Part shown: positions 45,406-56,788 of the stretch, one piece after another
Position numbering within the stretch: the stretch's first letter is position 1
How the letters are laid out: every line of letters starts with the position of its first letter
NCBI GenBank assembly: GCA_039715015.1
Contig: JBDLIE010000002.1
Span: 69,422 to 133,421, forward strand
Direction: 5' to 3'
Source: Thermodesulfobacteriota bacterium
GTDB taxonomy: Bacteria; Desulfobacterota; Desulfobulbia; Desulfobulbales; SURF-16
DNA length: 64,000 nucleotides
The notes under the pieces: model-generated
Seen by the model: the letters and a program-made list of their open reading frames with translations, nothing else
What the model was told of the DNA's origin: nothing
Databases searched by the model: none
Made by a program: the position numbers and the translations under genes

Positions 45406-47469
45406 TCAGAAAGACAGATCCAACTTTTCTCCGTCAACAAGAAGTTCAGTAAACTTATCGGTGTCCACAGCCGGACTAAAAAGCCAACCCTGGAGCTGAT
45501 CACACCCCAGGTCCCTTAAAAAGGTACATTGCTCCATCTCCTCCACACCTTCGGCAACGACCTTTAAGCCAAGACTTTTGCCCATATAGATAATAGCGGT
45601 GGCGATAGCAACATTTTCCTCGTCGGCAGGGATATTATCAACGAAGGATTTATCAATTTTCAGGGTGTGGATGGGAAACTGCTTGAGATAATGAAGGGAG
45701 GAGTACCCTGTTCCGAAATCATCTATGGAGAGTTTAACGCCCATCTCATTAATTTCACGAAGAATCGTAAGGGCATTCTCCTCATTTTCCATCACAACAC
45801 CCTCGGTGATTTCCAGTTCAAGCGCCTCGGGTGACAGGCCTGTTTCAATCAAGGTATCCCTAATTAATGCAACGAGATTTTCCTCCTGGAACTGACGTGG
45901 CGAAAGGTTAACTGCCACAGGGACATGGTAGCCCTGATCCCACCACTCTTTGGTTTGCCTGGCAGCAGTTTTCAGAGCCCACTCACCAAGAAAAACGATA
46001 AGGCCTGTTTTTTCAGCAAGGGGTATAAAATCAGCTGGAGACACCATGCCGCCCTCGGGCAACATCCAGCGGATGAGGGCCTCCATACCAATTATCTCAC
46101 CGTTATGCATATCAACCTTTGGTTGGTAGAATACGGCAAATTCCTCTTTTTCCAGGGCCCGGCGCAAATTACTTTCCAGGGCGAGCAGACTGGCAATACG
46201 CTCGTCCATTTCCCGGTGGAAGACCTGGTAGGTATTACCACCCCTCGCTTTGGCTTGGGCCATGGCGATATCGCCATTCTTCATCAAGGTCTCCGGATCA
46301 AGACCATCCTCAGGATAAAAAGTAATACCGATACTTGAAGAAATAAAAAGCTCATGCCCTTTATAAAGAATGGGCAATGTCAGGCTGAGATTAATCTGTT
46401 CAGCAATCTTAACAGCCCATTCTTCACTGACGAGACCTTCTATAATTACACCAAACTCATCACTGCCTAAACGGGCAAGGATGGCTTCCCCCAGACAACC
46501 CTCCAACCGTGAACGAACCTCCTTCAAGAGATGATCACCGACAAGATGCCCAAGGCTATCATTGATTTGCTTAAAATGATCGAGATCGAGCACAAGAAGA
46601 GCCATCTTTTCATCATGGCGACGAGCGTCTTCCAGGGCATCAAGGAGACGGAACTGAAAAAAGGTTCGATTGGGCAGGCCGGTTAAGCCATCATGGTTGG
46701 CCTGATATTTAAGCTCATCCTTATGGCGCTTGATTTCCGACATATCATGGAATACAGCGACATAGCTTATTACCTCGCCCCATAAATTACGGACTGCGGA
46801 AAGGGCTAATTTCTGAGGAAACTTTTCTCCATTTTTCCGTCTATTCCAGATCTCGCCAGACCAGTGGTCCCTATTCTCTAAAAAGGAATGAATGCCTTGA
46901 ACGGTATCTCCCCTGTCATCGGTCTGCAGAATATCAATGGATTTTCCAACCAGCTCATCTTCGCCATATCCGGTGATAGTACAGGCCATAGGGTTTACCA
47001 TGGTGATTACCATGGCCGGGTCAGCAATAACAATCCCCTCAAGGCTTGTGTGGAATATGTTTTCGACAAAACTCAACTGATTGAGCTCGTTAAGCTTTGA
47101 TTTCACCCGAGCCTTTACTTCCAGGGCATGAAAAGGCTTTGGTATATAGTCACAACCGCCCAGTTGAAAGCCGCGGGCAACATTTTCGGTGTCGGACAGG
47201 GCTGTGATAAAAATGACTGGAATGGAACGGGTCTGAAAATCTTCTTTAAGAATGCGGCAAACCTCAAAACCATCCATCTCCGGCATCATGATATCAAGCA
47301 AGATGAGGTCAGGCTTATTTTTCTGGACAAACTCAAGGGCTTTAACACCGTTAGTGGCGATACCTAGGCGGTAATCTTCGCGCAGTACATCTGCCAAAAG
47401 ATCAATATTCATCATGGTGTCATCAACAATGAGCACCAACGGTTTTTGTATTTTTTTAGTTTTTGACAT
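45406..47469 (-). CDS. REC-PAS-GGDEF(degenerate)-EAL c-di-GMP phosphodiesterase
   Basis: Receiver (IVDD, DIMMP, KP), PAS, GSDEF in place of GGDEF, intact EAL (EALIRW, DDFGTGYSS, AEGVE). Confidence 0.92.
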   Translation of the reverse strand: MSKTKKIQKPLVLIVDDTMMNIDLLADVLREDYRLGIATNGVKALEFVQKNKPDLILLDIMMPEMDGFEVCRILKEDFQTRSIPVIFITALSDTENVARGFQLGGCDYIPKPFHALEVKARVKSKLNELNQLSFVENIFHTSLEGIVIADPAMVITMVNPMACTITGYGEDELVGKSIDILQTDDRGDTVQGIHSFLENRDHWSGEIWNRRKNGEKFPQKLALSAVRNLWGEVISYVAVFHDMSEIKRHKDELKYQANHDGLTGLPNRTFFQFRLLDALEDARRHDEKMALLVLDLDHFKQINDSLGHLVGDHLLKEVRSRLEGCLGEAILARLGSDEFGVIIEGLVSEEWAVKIAEQINLSLTLPILYKGHELFISSSIGITFYPEDGLDPETLMKNGDIAMAQAKARGGNTYQVFHREMDERIASLLALESNLRRALEKEEFAVFYQPKVDMHNGEIIGMEALIRWMLPEGGMVSPADFIPLAEKTGLIVFLGEWALKTAARQTKEWWDQGYHVPVAVNLSPRQFQEENLVALIRDTLIETGLSPEALELEITEGVVMENEENALTILREINEMGVKLSIDDFGTGYSSLHYLKQFPIHTLKIDKSFVDNIPADEENVAIATAIIYMGKSLGLKVVAEGVEEMEQCTFLRDLGCDQLQGWLFSPAVDTDKFTELLVDGEKLDLSF

Positions 47470-47537
47470 GTAACGAAATAAACAAAAAAATTACCGGAGC
47501 TTTCGGCAAAATGCATCAAGACTGTGAGCGGGGGACA

Positions 47538-50147
47538 TCATCTATCTTGCCATTTCAAAGGGAGTTCAAGCTCTTTAGCTATTTCATGGACCAAGGTTAA
47601 AGCATCCTCATATGAATACATACGAATCATTTTACTCAAACTTACTATTCTTTTTCCTGAGATATTGCCCTCTAAACCTTCAAGGCAGATGTTAATGTTA
47701 TCATACATGGATTGATCCAGAGAGTCTGCCAGATCTTGTAATTGTTTCAAGAGTTTTTCAGAATCCTTCACAAGGAGATCATCTCCATCATTGTTTACTT
47801 CTCCATCATTATCTTCGATTTGCCGGGCAAAGCTTAATACCTCTTTTAGGCAACTCAACAATTTTGCAGCCAATTTGAGGGGAGGCATCTCACCTTTCTT
47901 ACAAACCTTGTCTGCCTCTGTAGCAAAATGAGACAAAATTTCAGCACCAATGGTGGCACTGCTTCCCTTCAGAGAATGGACCATTTTCTGAATCTTAGCG
48001 ATATCATTGGCAGTGGAAAACTGCTCATAATCAGCATTGAAATTCACATAATCATTGCAAAAAGTCTTTAGTACCCGGTGGTAAACATCCTCTTTAACTC
48101 CGAGCTGACGGACAGCCCTTTCAACGTCAACCACACAACCTTCAGGATGCAGGAAAGTCTCAGGTGCAAGGGGTTCAGTATCCTTTGCGCCATTGTACGC
48201 CACTTGAGTAAGAGCTTTCTGCTCCAGAACAGTTTCCAGCTCTCGCAGCAACCTTTTCTTATGTACTGGCTTGCTTACATAGCCGTCAGCACCGGCCTTA
48301 AGACATTTATCCTTGTCTTCGGCTAACGCATGAGCTGTCATGGCGATAATAGGGATATTTTTGCAGGTACTTTTTTTTCGGATAATTTTCATGGCTTCAT
48401 AACCATCCATAACCGGCATCTGCATATCCATAAAAATAACATCGTAGATATCATTACAGGTCTTGCCAACAGCCTCTTCGCCATTAGCGGCGCTGTCAAC
48501 TGTCATTCCCATACCGGTCAACATAGCTTCGGCAACTCCAAGATTTGTTTCGTTATCCTCAACAATAAGAACATGCATTCCGCTTATATCTATGTTTTTC
48601 TTAGGCAACAATTTCGTTGAAGCTATACTTTCACCCTCTGTTTCCCTCCAGCCAAGACGAACGGTGACAACAAAGGTAGCTCCCTTGCCAAGCTCACTTT
48701 CAACATCAATAGTGCCATCCATCATCCTCGCCAATTGCCGGGAAATAGCCAAGCCAAGCCCAGCACCACCGAATTGCCGGGTTGAAGAACTGTCTTCCTG
48801 ATGAAATGAACTGAATATACGCTCCATCCCCTCAGTGGAAAGACCAACCCCTGTATCCCTGACCGTTATTTCCAGAGATGCCTTTTTTTCATCCATGTCC
48901 AGGCAGGAGACATAAAGGGAAACAATTCCCTCGTGGGTAAATTTGAGTCCATTATCCACGAGGTTATAAAGAATCTGCCGAAAACGTCCCCGGTCACCAA
49001 TGAGCAGGCTTGGCACATCCGGGGCTATATCAATAATGAGATCAATATTCTCATCGTGGGCCTTGACCGAGAAAAAATTATTCAGTTCGGTAAACAGATC
49101 CGGCAATGAAAAGGGATTGTGATCTAATACCAGAGTGCCTGCTTCCAAGCGTGAAAAATCAAGGATATCGTTTACAATGATGAGAAGATCATGGGAGGAA
49201 CTCTGAATGATTTTCAGGTAATTACTCACCTTAGGAGCCAGTTCTTCATCCATTGCCAAGTCACAGGCAGCAACGATACCGTTCATGGGAGTCCGTATTT
49301 CGTGACTCATATTGGCAAGGAAATCACTCTTAACTGTGGCGGCACGATCAGCCCTTTTCTTCTCCGCCAATAGACGGGCATTTATCTCCTGCAATGCTGC
49401 TGTTCTGGTTTCAACCCTTGATTCAAGTTCTTCATTAAGCCGCGTCATCTCCTCTTCACGACCAGTGATTTCATCAAGCATGCTGTTGATGGTGTCAGAG
49501 AGAAGGCCCATCTCATCGGATGAATATTTTCTGGCTCTTGCCTTGAACCCCTTTTGGTCACAAATAAAACGTGCCGTTTCCACCAGGCTGACTATGGGCT
49601 TTTTAAACTGGTCATGGAGTAAAAATGCCAGGGCATAGGAAACCGCTCCAGAGACAATGGTAACAAAAAATAAAATTATTAGGATAGAAACAAAATCGGA
49701 CTTGGCATCAGTAAGGTCCTCGGCAAGCAGAAAAAAGCCCTCAATCTTACCGCCATGCTCAAGTTTCTGGATGGCTGTGCAAATATTATCTATAAAACTT
49801 ACTTCTGGCAGGTCATGGATTGTTGAGGGCAGCGAAGGGATCTCTCCATCACGCTGATAACCCGCAAAAAAATTACCTTGAGCATTATAGAGGGCCGCAC
49901 TCCTAATCTCTCCCCTTTGTTCGAGAATACGTAATTCATTGACAGCTTCTTCTTTATCGCCAGCCATAAGCGAGTTCAAACTTTGCGGACCAATCAGCTC
50001 AACAAGCCCCATGAGTTCCAATTCTTTCTTTTTTTTGTATTGATGAAGCTCGTAAAAAGAAAATGACAGACCGGCAATGACAAGGGATGTCAAGGAGGTG
50101 ATCATGAGAACCATGACAAACCGATCTTTAATGGAAACAAGTCTCAT
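47538..50147 (-). CDS. hybrid sensor kinase (periplasmic sensor-HAMP-HisKA-HATPase-REC-Hpt)
   Basis: [35 protein letters not shown], Hpt HSLKGSS. Confidence 0.95.
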   Translation of the reverse strand: MRLVSIKDRFVMVLMITSLTSLVIAGLSFSFYELHQYKKKKELELMGLVELIGPQSLNSLMAGDKEEAVNELRILEQRGEIRSAALYNAQGNFFAGYQRDGEIPSLPSTIHDLPEVSFIDNICTAIQKLEHGGKIEGFFLLAEDLTDAKSDFVSILIILFFVTIVSGAVSYALAFLLHDQFKKPIVSLVETARFICDQKGFKARARKYSSDEMGLLSDTINSMLDEITGREEEMTRLNEELESRVETRTAALQEINARLLAEKKRADRAATVKSDFLANMSHEIRTPMNGIVAACDLAMDEELAPKVSNYLKIIQSSSHDLLIIVNDILDFSRLEAGTLVLDHNPFSLPDLFTELNNFFSVKAHDENIDLIIDIAPDVPSLLIGDRGRFRQILYNLVDNGLKFTHEGIVSLYVSCLDMDEKKASLEITVRDTGVGLSTEGMERIFSSFHQEDSSSTRQFGGAGLGLAISRQLARMMDGTIDVESELGKGATFVVTVRLGWRETEGESIASTKLLPKKNIDISGMHVLIVEDNETNLGVAEAMLTGMGMTVDSAANGEEAVGKTCNDIYDVIFMDMQMPVMDGYEAMKIIRKKSTCKNIPIIAMTAHALAEDKDKCLKAGADGYVSKPVHKKRLLRELETVLEQKALTQVAYNGAKDTEPLAPETFLHPEGCVVDVERAVRQLGVKEDVYHRVLKTFCNDYVNFNADYEQFSTANDIAKIQKMVHSLKGSSATIGAEILSHFATEADKVCKKGEMPPLKLAAKLLSCLKEVLSFARQIEDNDGEVNNDGDDLLVKDSEKLLKQLQDLADSLDQSMYDNINICLEGLEGNISGKRIVSLSKMIRMYSYEDALTLVHEIAKELELPLKWQDR

Positions 50148-50247
50148 CTAATAAATGGTTAAACGTTAAGGATCTCACCTGCTCATGGCTCAACTCGCAG
50201 GTTTCTTAAAAAGGGTGTTTGTCGGCGCTAAAGAGGCCCAAATATCT

Positions 50248-51591
50248 TTACTTAATATATCCCCAGGCCTTCAGTCGTTGGCGGGCGTGGCTGGCAGCAT
50301 CGCCTTGCGGCATAGTCTGCAAAAAACGATGATATTCCTTGGCGGCACTTTCTTTTTCCCCCATGCCATCCAAGGAAATGCCTTTTAGGAACACTATCTG
50401 TTCATTGCCGGGCATCATCAGGTCAAATGCAGAAAAATCCTCATAAGCGCCGCTAAAATTCTGGCTCGAAAGTTTTGTAACACCGCTTATCTGGACGGCC
50501 TGAGCCTCACCTGGGTAGACCTCGCGTGCCTTTTCTGCAAAACGCCGGGCCTCCCTGTATTTTTTCATGGCCATCTTGCACTTGGCCATCATAAGTAAGG
50601 CGGCATAATCACGAGGGACCTTCTTTAATGCCGATGCAAATAATTTTTCAGCCTGGCCAAACTTCTTCCCTGCCATACTACTGGCCCCATCCTGCATATC
50701 CATCAGGGCAGGCTTCATTCTTCGCAAAGAGGCGGTGTTGTCCATATATCGTTCACGCCCCATTTTCTTCTTTGTATGGCTACCATATACACTCCCCGCT
50801 CTTTTGCGTGCTGCATCGTGACGTTCTTGGCTCATGGGATGAGTGGAAAACATCAGTTCAAGGGCATTTGGCTTATGCTTGGATTTTTTCACCAATACCC
50901 CCATGAGGCCTTCCATGCCACGAGGATTATAACCGACGCCCACCATGTATTTCATGCCAAGCTCATCTGCTTCCCTTTCATCGTCTCGGCTATAGCTGGC
51001 CAAAAGCACAACTGCACCTAAACCGCCAACTTGATTCAGATAGGGGGCATAATTGGCATATTCGCCACTGCGTAAATAGCTGCTACTTCCTGCCAATGCC
51101 AACTGAATAAATGTTCCCTTTGTCATGCGCTCCGCAGTATGTCTTGCATTGACATGACCAATCTCGTGGCCAAGGAGGGCGGCCAACTCTGCTTCATTCT
51201 CAAGTTCAACAAGAATCCCCCTTGTGACGGCAATGGAACCGCCTGGAAAGGCATAGGCGTTGACATAGGGAGCATTGACGGCCCGAAAGCTATAAGGCAT
51301 TTGGGGGCGATGGGAATGCGCCGCAACCGCCATGCCAATCATATTTACATAGCGATTTAAAGCCACATCCTGGGAGGGGCCATAGTCCATGGAAAACTGC
51401 TGAGGAGATTGCTTCTTGTCCAGGGTGATTTCATCTGCCTCACTCATAAGGACAAGTTGTTTTTTGCCGGTAACGGGATCCACCGCACAGGCCGGCAGAA
51501 ATAGGGCTGTTGAGGAAAGAGATAGAAGCCACATAAAATCCCGCCGGCTTAAAGACCGGCGGGAAAGGCGTTGAGCAAATTTTTTTTCCAT
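50248..51591 (-). CDS. M48-family metalloprotease with TPR-like tail, Tat lipoprotein signal
   Basis: SRRDF twin-arginine motif, lipobox LPAC, NAYAFPGG, HEIGH, E.EAD, STHP. Confidence 0.9.
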   Translation of the reverse strand: MEKKFAQRLSRRSLSRRDFMWLLSLSSTALFLPACAVDPVTGKKQLVLMSEADEITLDKKQSPQQFSMDYGPSQDVALNRYVNMIGMAVAAHSHRPQMPYSFRAVNAPYVNAYAFPGGSIAVTRGILVELENEAELAALLGHEIGHVNARHTAERMTKGTFIQLALAGSSSYLRSGEYANYAPYLNQVGGLGAVVLLASYSRDDEREADELGMKYMVGVGYNPRGMEGLMGVLVKKSKHKPNALELMFSTHPMSQERHDAARKRAGSVYGSHTKKKMGRERYMDNTASLRRMKPALMDMQDGASSMAGKKFGQAEKLFASALKKVPRDYAALLMMAKCKMAMKKYREARRFAEKAREVYPGEAQAVQISGVTKLSSQNFSGAYEDFSAFDLMMPGNEQIVFLKGISLDGMGEKESAAKEYHRFLQTMPQGDAASHARQRLKAWGYIK

Positions 51592-51954
51592 GCACCCCCC
51601 TTTTAGACAAAAAACGCCCATTGCTGAAAATATATTTTCCTAAAAAAACAGACACCACCTCAGAAATCCTAACACCGCTTCTTTATTAATTATTATACGT
51701 TTTTTTGTTCTTCTTCCAGAAGAATGATTTTCTACCTGTTGATCTGTTAAATAAATTGCCAGAAATATCTAAAAAACCCACATAGAGCTTCAGCAACGTA
51801 AAAAAAATAATGAACTCCTTAACCCCATTGTTAAGAATGGAGTAATATAGATCGGTGATTATCGTCCAAACCACAACAAAGTATGGAAAAGCTCCGCTTT
51901 ATTCTGTATGGTTTACATTGACAACTTATTGAAACAACTTCGTATCCTAAATCT

Positions 51955-52887
51955 ATGTCTGCCATTCTTATTTTTAAAAACCAACCATCTCAGCCCCCCT
52001 GGTCCCTGACCGGGAAGAGAACGTACCGCATTGGCAGGCACCCGGAGAATGATTTTGTTTTGCAGGAATCATGGATTTCGCGCAAACACGCTATGATTCA
52101 GCAAGAGTCAAATGACGACTACCACATTATTGACTTAGGTAGTGCCAATGGCACCTTTGTCAATGGAACTCGTATAGTCACGCCAACCCATCTGCACACT
52201 GGCGACATTGTCTCCCTTGGTAAGACTGAATTTGTCTACAACCAGCAATCCTCCCCCAAACTTCGTGATACGTCCCTCCAGAACTTAGGCGACGAAACCA
52301 TAGCCTTTGTCAATAAGCAGCAGGTAACAATTCTCGTCTGCGACATCCACCGTTACACTGAACTTTCGGAGATCATGGGTAATGAACAGATCTCAAACCT
52401 TCTTCTCGGTTGGAATAAAAAGGTCACCCAGATCATTCGCCACTATAAAGGCCAGGTTGATAAATTTATCGGCGATGCCGTTTTGGCCTTTTGGCTGCAA
52501 AGCGATGAAAACCATCTCGAAAAGGTCTTGTCGGCAGCTCTTTCCATCAACAAAGCAACTGCTCTTCTTGGTGAAAAACTAAAATTCCCATGGCCTTTAA
52601 CAACCGGTGCTGCCATTAATAGTGGAACAATAATGCTTGGCAATCTTGGCGCCGATGGCTCCAGGGATTTCACCATGGTTGGCGATGCTGTCAATGTCGC
52701 TTTTCGCCTGGAAAGCGAGACTAAAGCCAACTCGAAAGAGATAATCCTAGGTCCTCAGACCTATGGCCAACTCCAATCGAATAAAAATATTTTTTCAAAG
52801 GAAACCTTTACTTTAAAAGGGAAAAACAACAAGGTGCAAGGATACACAACCACCTTTAAGAAACTCGCTACCGCCATAAAGATTTAA
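51955..52887 (+). CDS. FHA domain + class III adenylate/guanylate cyclase
   Basis: FHA (IGR, SRKHA, DLGSANGT) and cyclase (CDI..YT, KFIGDA, DFT.VGDAVN.AFRLE). Confidence 0.92.
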   Translation: MSAILIFKNQPSQPPWSLTGKRTYRIGRHPENDFVLQESWISRKHAMIQQESNDDYHIIDLGSANGTFVNGTRIVTPTHLHTGDIVSLGKTEFVYNQQSSPKLRDTSLQNLGDETIAFVNKQQVTILVCDIHRYTELSEIMGNEQISNLLLGWNKKVTQIIRHYKGQVDKFIGDAVLAFWLQSDENHLEKVLSAALSINKATALLGEKLKFPWPLTTGAAINSGTIMLGNLGADGSRDFTMVGDAVNVAFRLESETKANSKEIILGPQTYGQLQSNKNIFSKETFTLKGKNNKVQGYTTTFKKLATAIKI

Positions 52888-52931
52888 TCTCTCGAAAAAA
52901 AAGCAAAAAGTACAGATTACAGGACGACGTT

Positions 52932-53630
52932 ATGAGTAGATGGGCCATCATGCTGCAGGACAAAATCATTAAGGAATTTGATATTCAGGAAGGTGAACGC
53001 CTTATCATAGGCCGTGGTGATGATGCCGGAGTTAGAATCGACAACACCGCCATATCAAGGCACCATGCCGCCCTGGAGATACAAAACGGCAAACCCTTTC
53101 TGCAGGACCTATGCAGCCTCAACGGTTCGCTGGTAAATGGTAACAAAATTGACTTCATCCAGCTTAATGAGGGAGATGAAGTGATGCTGGGCAAATTTTC
53201 TCTCATTCGTGGTGAGGATTCTGAAGGCAAGCAACGGGCGACAGCTTCTTCTATGCCGATGGATCTTGATGATGCCACAATTTTTGCCCCAGGAAGGCCG
53301 AAGGCAAAAAAAGAAGAGAAACCGGCCCAGGCAAACAGCTTTCAACTTTCTGTTGTCGGCGGAACAGCTACGCCACGCACCCTTTCCTTAATTGACAGGA
53401 CCAGCATCAAAATTGGCAAGGCGTATAATAGTGAGATAACCACACCCGGTTTCTTCATTGCTGACAACCAATGTTTTATCAGTATGCGGGAAGCCGGCTA
53501 CTATATTATCCCTCAAAGCGGCTTTATTAAGACACGAGTTAATGGCAAAAAACTGAACCACGAAAAAAAACTGCACCCCGGTGATATTATTTCCATCCGC
53601 GGCCATCAGATTCGCTTTGAACAGGTTTAG
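52932..53630 (+). CDS. tandem FHA-domain protein
   Basis: First FHA is canonical (IGR, SRHHA, SLNG). The second FHA-like domain is degenerate (IGK, no SxxH). Confidence 0.85.
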   Translation: MSRWAIMLQDKIIKEFDIQEGERLIIGRGDDAGVRIDNTAISRHHAALEIQNGKPFLQDLCSLNGSLVNGNKIDFIQLNEGDEVMLGKFSLIRGEDSEGKQRATASSMPMDLDDATIFAPGRPKAKKEEKPAQANSFQLSVVGGTATPRTLSLIDRTSIKIGKAYNSEITTPGFFIADNQCFISMREAGYYIIPQSGFIKTRVNGKKLNHEKKLHPGDIISIRGHQIRFEQV

Positions 53631-53668
53631 CCAGTAAAGAGACACACTGAAGCTAGCAAGGTACCGAC

Positions 53669-54421
53669 TTGATCACTTTTCTTCGCACCCTACTATCCTA
53701 TAAAAAAATTAAACTCCACAGTTTCGGCCAAACTGATATAGGAAAAGTTCGTCAACAAAACGAAGACAGCTTTGCCCTTCGACCTGACCAGAATCTCTAC
53801 CTGGTTGCCGATGGAATGGGTGGGCATAAGGGTGGTGAAATTGCCAGCCGCCTGGCCATTGAAGAAGTTATTGAGGCAATTCCCTTGCCTGAACTCAGAA
53901 AAAGCCGTTTCTCACCAGAGGCCTGTCGCCATCTTCTCATGGAAGCCTTTCGCAGGGCAAACAACAGTGTCTTGTCCTATGGAGATCACCATCCAGAGTT
54001 AGCAGGCTTAGGGTGCACCTTAGTCGGTTGCCTGATTATCGGCAACCAGGCCCATCTCTGTCATGTCGGGGACGTGCGCGCCTATCTCATTAACAATGAT
54101 GAAATGAGCCAGATCACCTCAGATCATTCTTTAGCGGCCATGAGCGAGGACAAAGAAGAAGCACATCCGAAAAATATCATCACCCGCTGCATTGGCGTCA
54201 GCATGACGAACAGTCCGGAGTACCATCTGCGAGAGTTGCAGTCCGGTGATCAGATCCTCTTATGTTCTGATGGCCTGTGGAACATGGTTGATGACAAAGA
54301 CATTTCCCTCATTGTCCAAACGGCGCAGACACCAGAGATTGCCTGCGATAAATTGATAAGCAAAGCCAATGAGGCCGGGGGCCGGGATAACATCACGGCC
54401 GCTATTCTCAAAATCGAATAA
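53669..54421 (+). CDS. PP2C-type (Stp1/PrpC) Ser/Thr phosphatase
   Basis: G.VR..NED, VADGMGGH, HVGD.R, CSDGL, GGRDNIT. Confidence 0.95.
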   Translation: MITFLRTLLSYKKIKLHSFGQTDIGKVRQQNEDSFALRPDQNLYLVADGMGGHKGGEIASRLAIEEVIEAIPLPELRKSRFSPEACRHLLMEAFRRANNSVLSYGDHHPELAGLGCTLVGCLIIGNQAHLCHVGDVRAYLINNDEMSQITSDHSLAAMSEDKEEAHPKNIITRCIGVSMTNSPEYHLRELQSGDQILLCSDGLWNMVDDKDISLIVQTAQTPEIACDKLISKANEAGGRDNITAAILKIE

Positions 54422-54439
54422 TTTCATCTTGCTTTGCAC

Positions 54440-54483
54440 CATAAAAAAAGGATGGAAGAGAATTCTTCCATCCTTTTTTTATG
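54440..54483. terminator. bidirectional terminator
   Basis: CATAAAAAAAGGATGGAAGA-GAAT-TCTTCCATCCTTTTTTTATG, perfect 20-bp arms. Confidence 0.9.
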
Positions 54484-54514
54484 CCTTATGGCAGGCATTA
54501 TTTCCTAAGGTCTA

Positions 54515-56788
54515 TTAGCCGCATTCGGAATAACCACAGGAGTGACAAACACAGCAACCACCCTCATGTTCAATAACCCCTCCACATTCAGGGCAGGCGC
54601 CAAACATCTGGTGACCGGCATTGCCCTCTTTGCAGGCAGCATGACCATTGCTTTCCATATGCTGCTGGATAGCCTTGGCAATGGCATCCGCACAGGAAAC
54701 AACTTTATTCTTTCCAAGTCCATGAGGTTTGTGGCAACTAATACCGATAAGTTGCTTTAAGATAGGCTCAGGGGCCATGCCTGAACGCCAGGACAATGAG
54801 ACCAGACGGCCAATGGCCTCACACTGACTGGCGGCACAACCACCTGCCTTACCCACCATATTGAAAAGCTCAAATTGAAGGCCCTCATCATCCTCATTAA
54901 TGGTGACATACATGGGTCCGCAACCAGTCTCCATCTGATAGGTGCTACCGGTCAAGCGGCGAGGCCGGTCCCGCTTAATCCGCTGTTGCTCTGAAGTGGC
55001 GGTTTTGGCCTTATCAACGCTCTGATTCTCTGTCTTGCCGGTGGAAAGAACCTGATTGTCACGACAGCCATCACGGTAAATAGTGACCCCTTTACAACCC
55101 TGATTATAGGAGCGCATATAGGCGTCATGCACATCATCTTCAGTGGCGTTATTGGGGAAATTAATGGTCTTACTTACCGCATTATTGGTATGGAGCTGAA
55201 AGGCAGCCTGGATATCAATATGGTTCTTTGGGCTGATATCATGGGCCGTTTCAAAAACCCTGCGATAGTTTGCAGGGATCTCAGCAATGCCTTGAACCGT
55301 GCCATGCTCAGCAATTTTTTTCATAAGGCTGGTGGAGTAGAAGCCATTTTCCTTGGCAGCCTTCTCAAAAACCGGATTCACCTCATAAAATTCATCACCA
55401 TCCATTACTCTGCGCACATAGGAGACAGCAAACAGCGGCTCAACACCACTTGAGCAATTAGCCAGAATAGAGATGGTACCAGTGGGAGCAATGGTGGTCC
55501 TGGTGGCGTTTCGCACGGGGGTATCAGGGTCCTGGTCATAATAAACTGACTTAGCGAAATTAGGGAAAGCCCCCCGGATTTGAGCCAGCTTAACAGAGGC
55601 CTCATAGGCAGTATCATCAATAAATTTCATGACCTTCTCAGACACTTCAATGGCTTCTTTCGAGGAGTAAGGGATGTCCATCTCAATCAGCATATCGGCA
55701 AAACCCATTACACCGAGACCCACCTTGCGGTTACCCTTGGTTTTTTCAGCAATTTCCGGCAAAGGGTAACGGTTCAAATCCACAACATTATCAAGAAAAT
55801 GGACCGCCTTTTCAACGATATCACCGAGTTTGTCGAAGTTTATCTCGCCATTTCTGACCATATTGGCCAAATTTACGGAACCAAGATTACAAGACTCATG
55901 GGGAAGCAGAGGCTGCTCGCCGCAGGGGTTGGTGCTTTCAATGGCACCCAAGGCTGGCGTGGGGTTACCATCATTCATCCGATCGATAAAGACAATACCG
56001 GGTTCCCCGGAAAACCAGGCCTGCTTAACAATCTGCTTGAAGACTTTTTGGGCGTTTTTCCTGCCCACCACAGAATTGTCCCGGGGGTTAACAATCTCAT
56101 AATCGTCATCATTCTCCACAGCCTCCATAAAGGCATTGGTTACAGCTACAGAAATATTGAAATTATTAAGTTTATTAAGATCAGCCTTCACCTTAATGAA
56201 GTCCATGATGTCAGGGTGGTCCACCCGCAACATGGCCATATTTGCGCCCCTTCTGGTTCCGCCCTGCTTGATGGTTTCTGTAGCAACATCAAAGACGGAC
56301 ATAAAAGAAATAGGCCCGGAAGAGACCCCCTTGGTGGAGTGAACTATATCGTGATGGGGACGAACCCGTGAAAAGGAAAAACCTGTTCCGCCGCCACTCT
56401 TATGGATGAGGGCTGTCTGCTTAACGGCCTCGAAGATCGACTCCATGGAATCTTCCACGGGTAGTACAAAACAAGCGGAGAGTTGGCCAAGTTCGCGGCC
56501 GGCATTCATCAAGGTGGGAGAGTTAGGCATAAAATCAAACTGGGCCATCATAGTATAAAAATCCATGGCCAAACCATCAATGTCCGCCTTTTTATCGTAG
56601 GATGCATCAGCCGTAGCAATGGTGCTTGCCACCCGCCATAACATATCCTCAGGTTTTTCCAGAACAGTTCCTTCCTTATCCTTCATCAGATAACGTCGTT
56701 CTAAAACACTTACGGCATTATCAGCAAAAGCAGGGACAGGTGCTCCCGCAGGGAGGGAACTGGCTGTGGCAGACATTTTCTTAGTCAT
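54515..56788 (-). CDS. nrdJ: class II (adenosylcobalamin-dependent) ribonucleotide reductase with C-terminal TSCPD-like and zinc-ribbon region
   Basis: PNSPTLMNAG, QLSACF, TNPCGEQPL, APTGTIS, KGVTIYRDG, SCADA, and CPEC...CHSC tail. ATG at 56788 follows a AAGGAG RBS. Confidence 0.93.
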   Translation of the reverse strand: MTKKMSATASSLPAGAPVPAFADNAVSVLERRYLMKDKEGTVLEKPEDMLWRVASTIATADASYDKKADIDGLAMDFYTMMAQFDFMPNSPTLMNAGRELGQLSACFVLPVEDSMESIFEAVKQTALIHKSGGGTGFSFSRVRPHHDIVHSTKGVSSGPISFMSVFDVATETIKQGGTRRGANMAMLRVDHPDIMDFIKVKADLNKLNNFNISVAVTNAFMEAVENDDDYEIVNPRDNSVVGRKNAQKVFKQIVKQAWFSGEPGIVFIDRMNDGNPTPALGAIESTNPCGEQPLLPHESCNLGSVNLANMVRNGEINFDKLGDIVEKAVHFLDNVVDLNRYPLPEIAEKTKGNRKVGLGVMGFADMLIEMDIPYSSKEAIEVSEKVMKFIDDTAYEASVKLAQIRGAFPNFAKSVYYDQDPDTPVRNATRTTIAPTGTISILANCSSGVEPLFAVSYVRRVMDGDEFYEVNPVFEKAAKENGFYSTSLMKKIAEHGTVQGIAEIPANYRRVFETAHDISPKNHIDIQAAFQLHTNNAVSKTINFPNNATEDDVHDAYMRSYNQGCKGVTIYRDGCRDNQVLSTGKTENQSVDKAKTATSEQQRIKRDRPRRLTGSTYQMETGCGPMYVTINEDDEGLQFELFNMVGKAGGCAASQCEAIGRLVSLSWRSGMAPEPILKQLIGISCHKPHGLGKNKVVSCADAIAKAIQQHMESNGHAACKEGNAGHQMFGACPECGGVIEHEGGCCVCHSCGYSECG

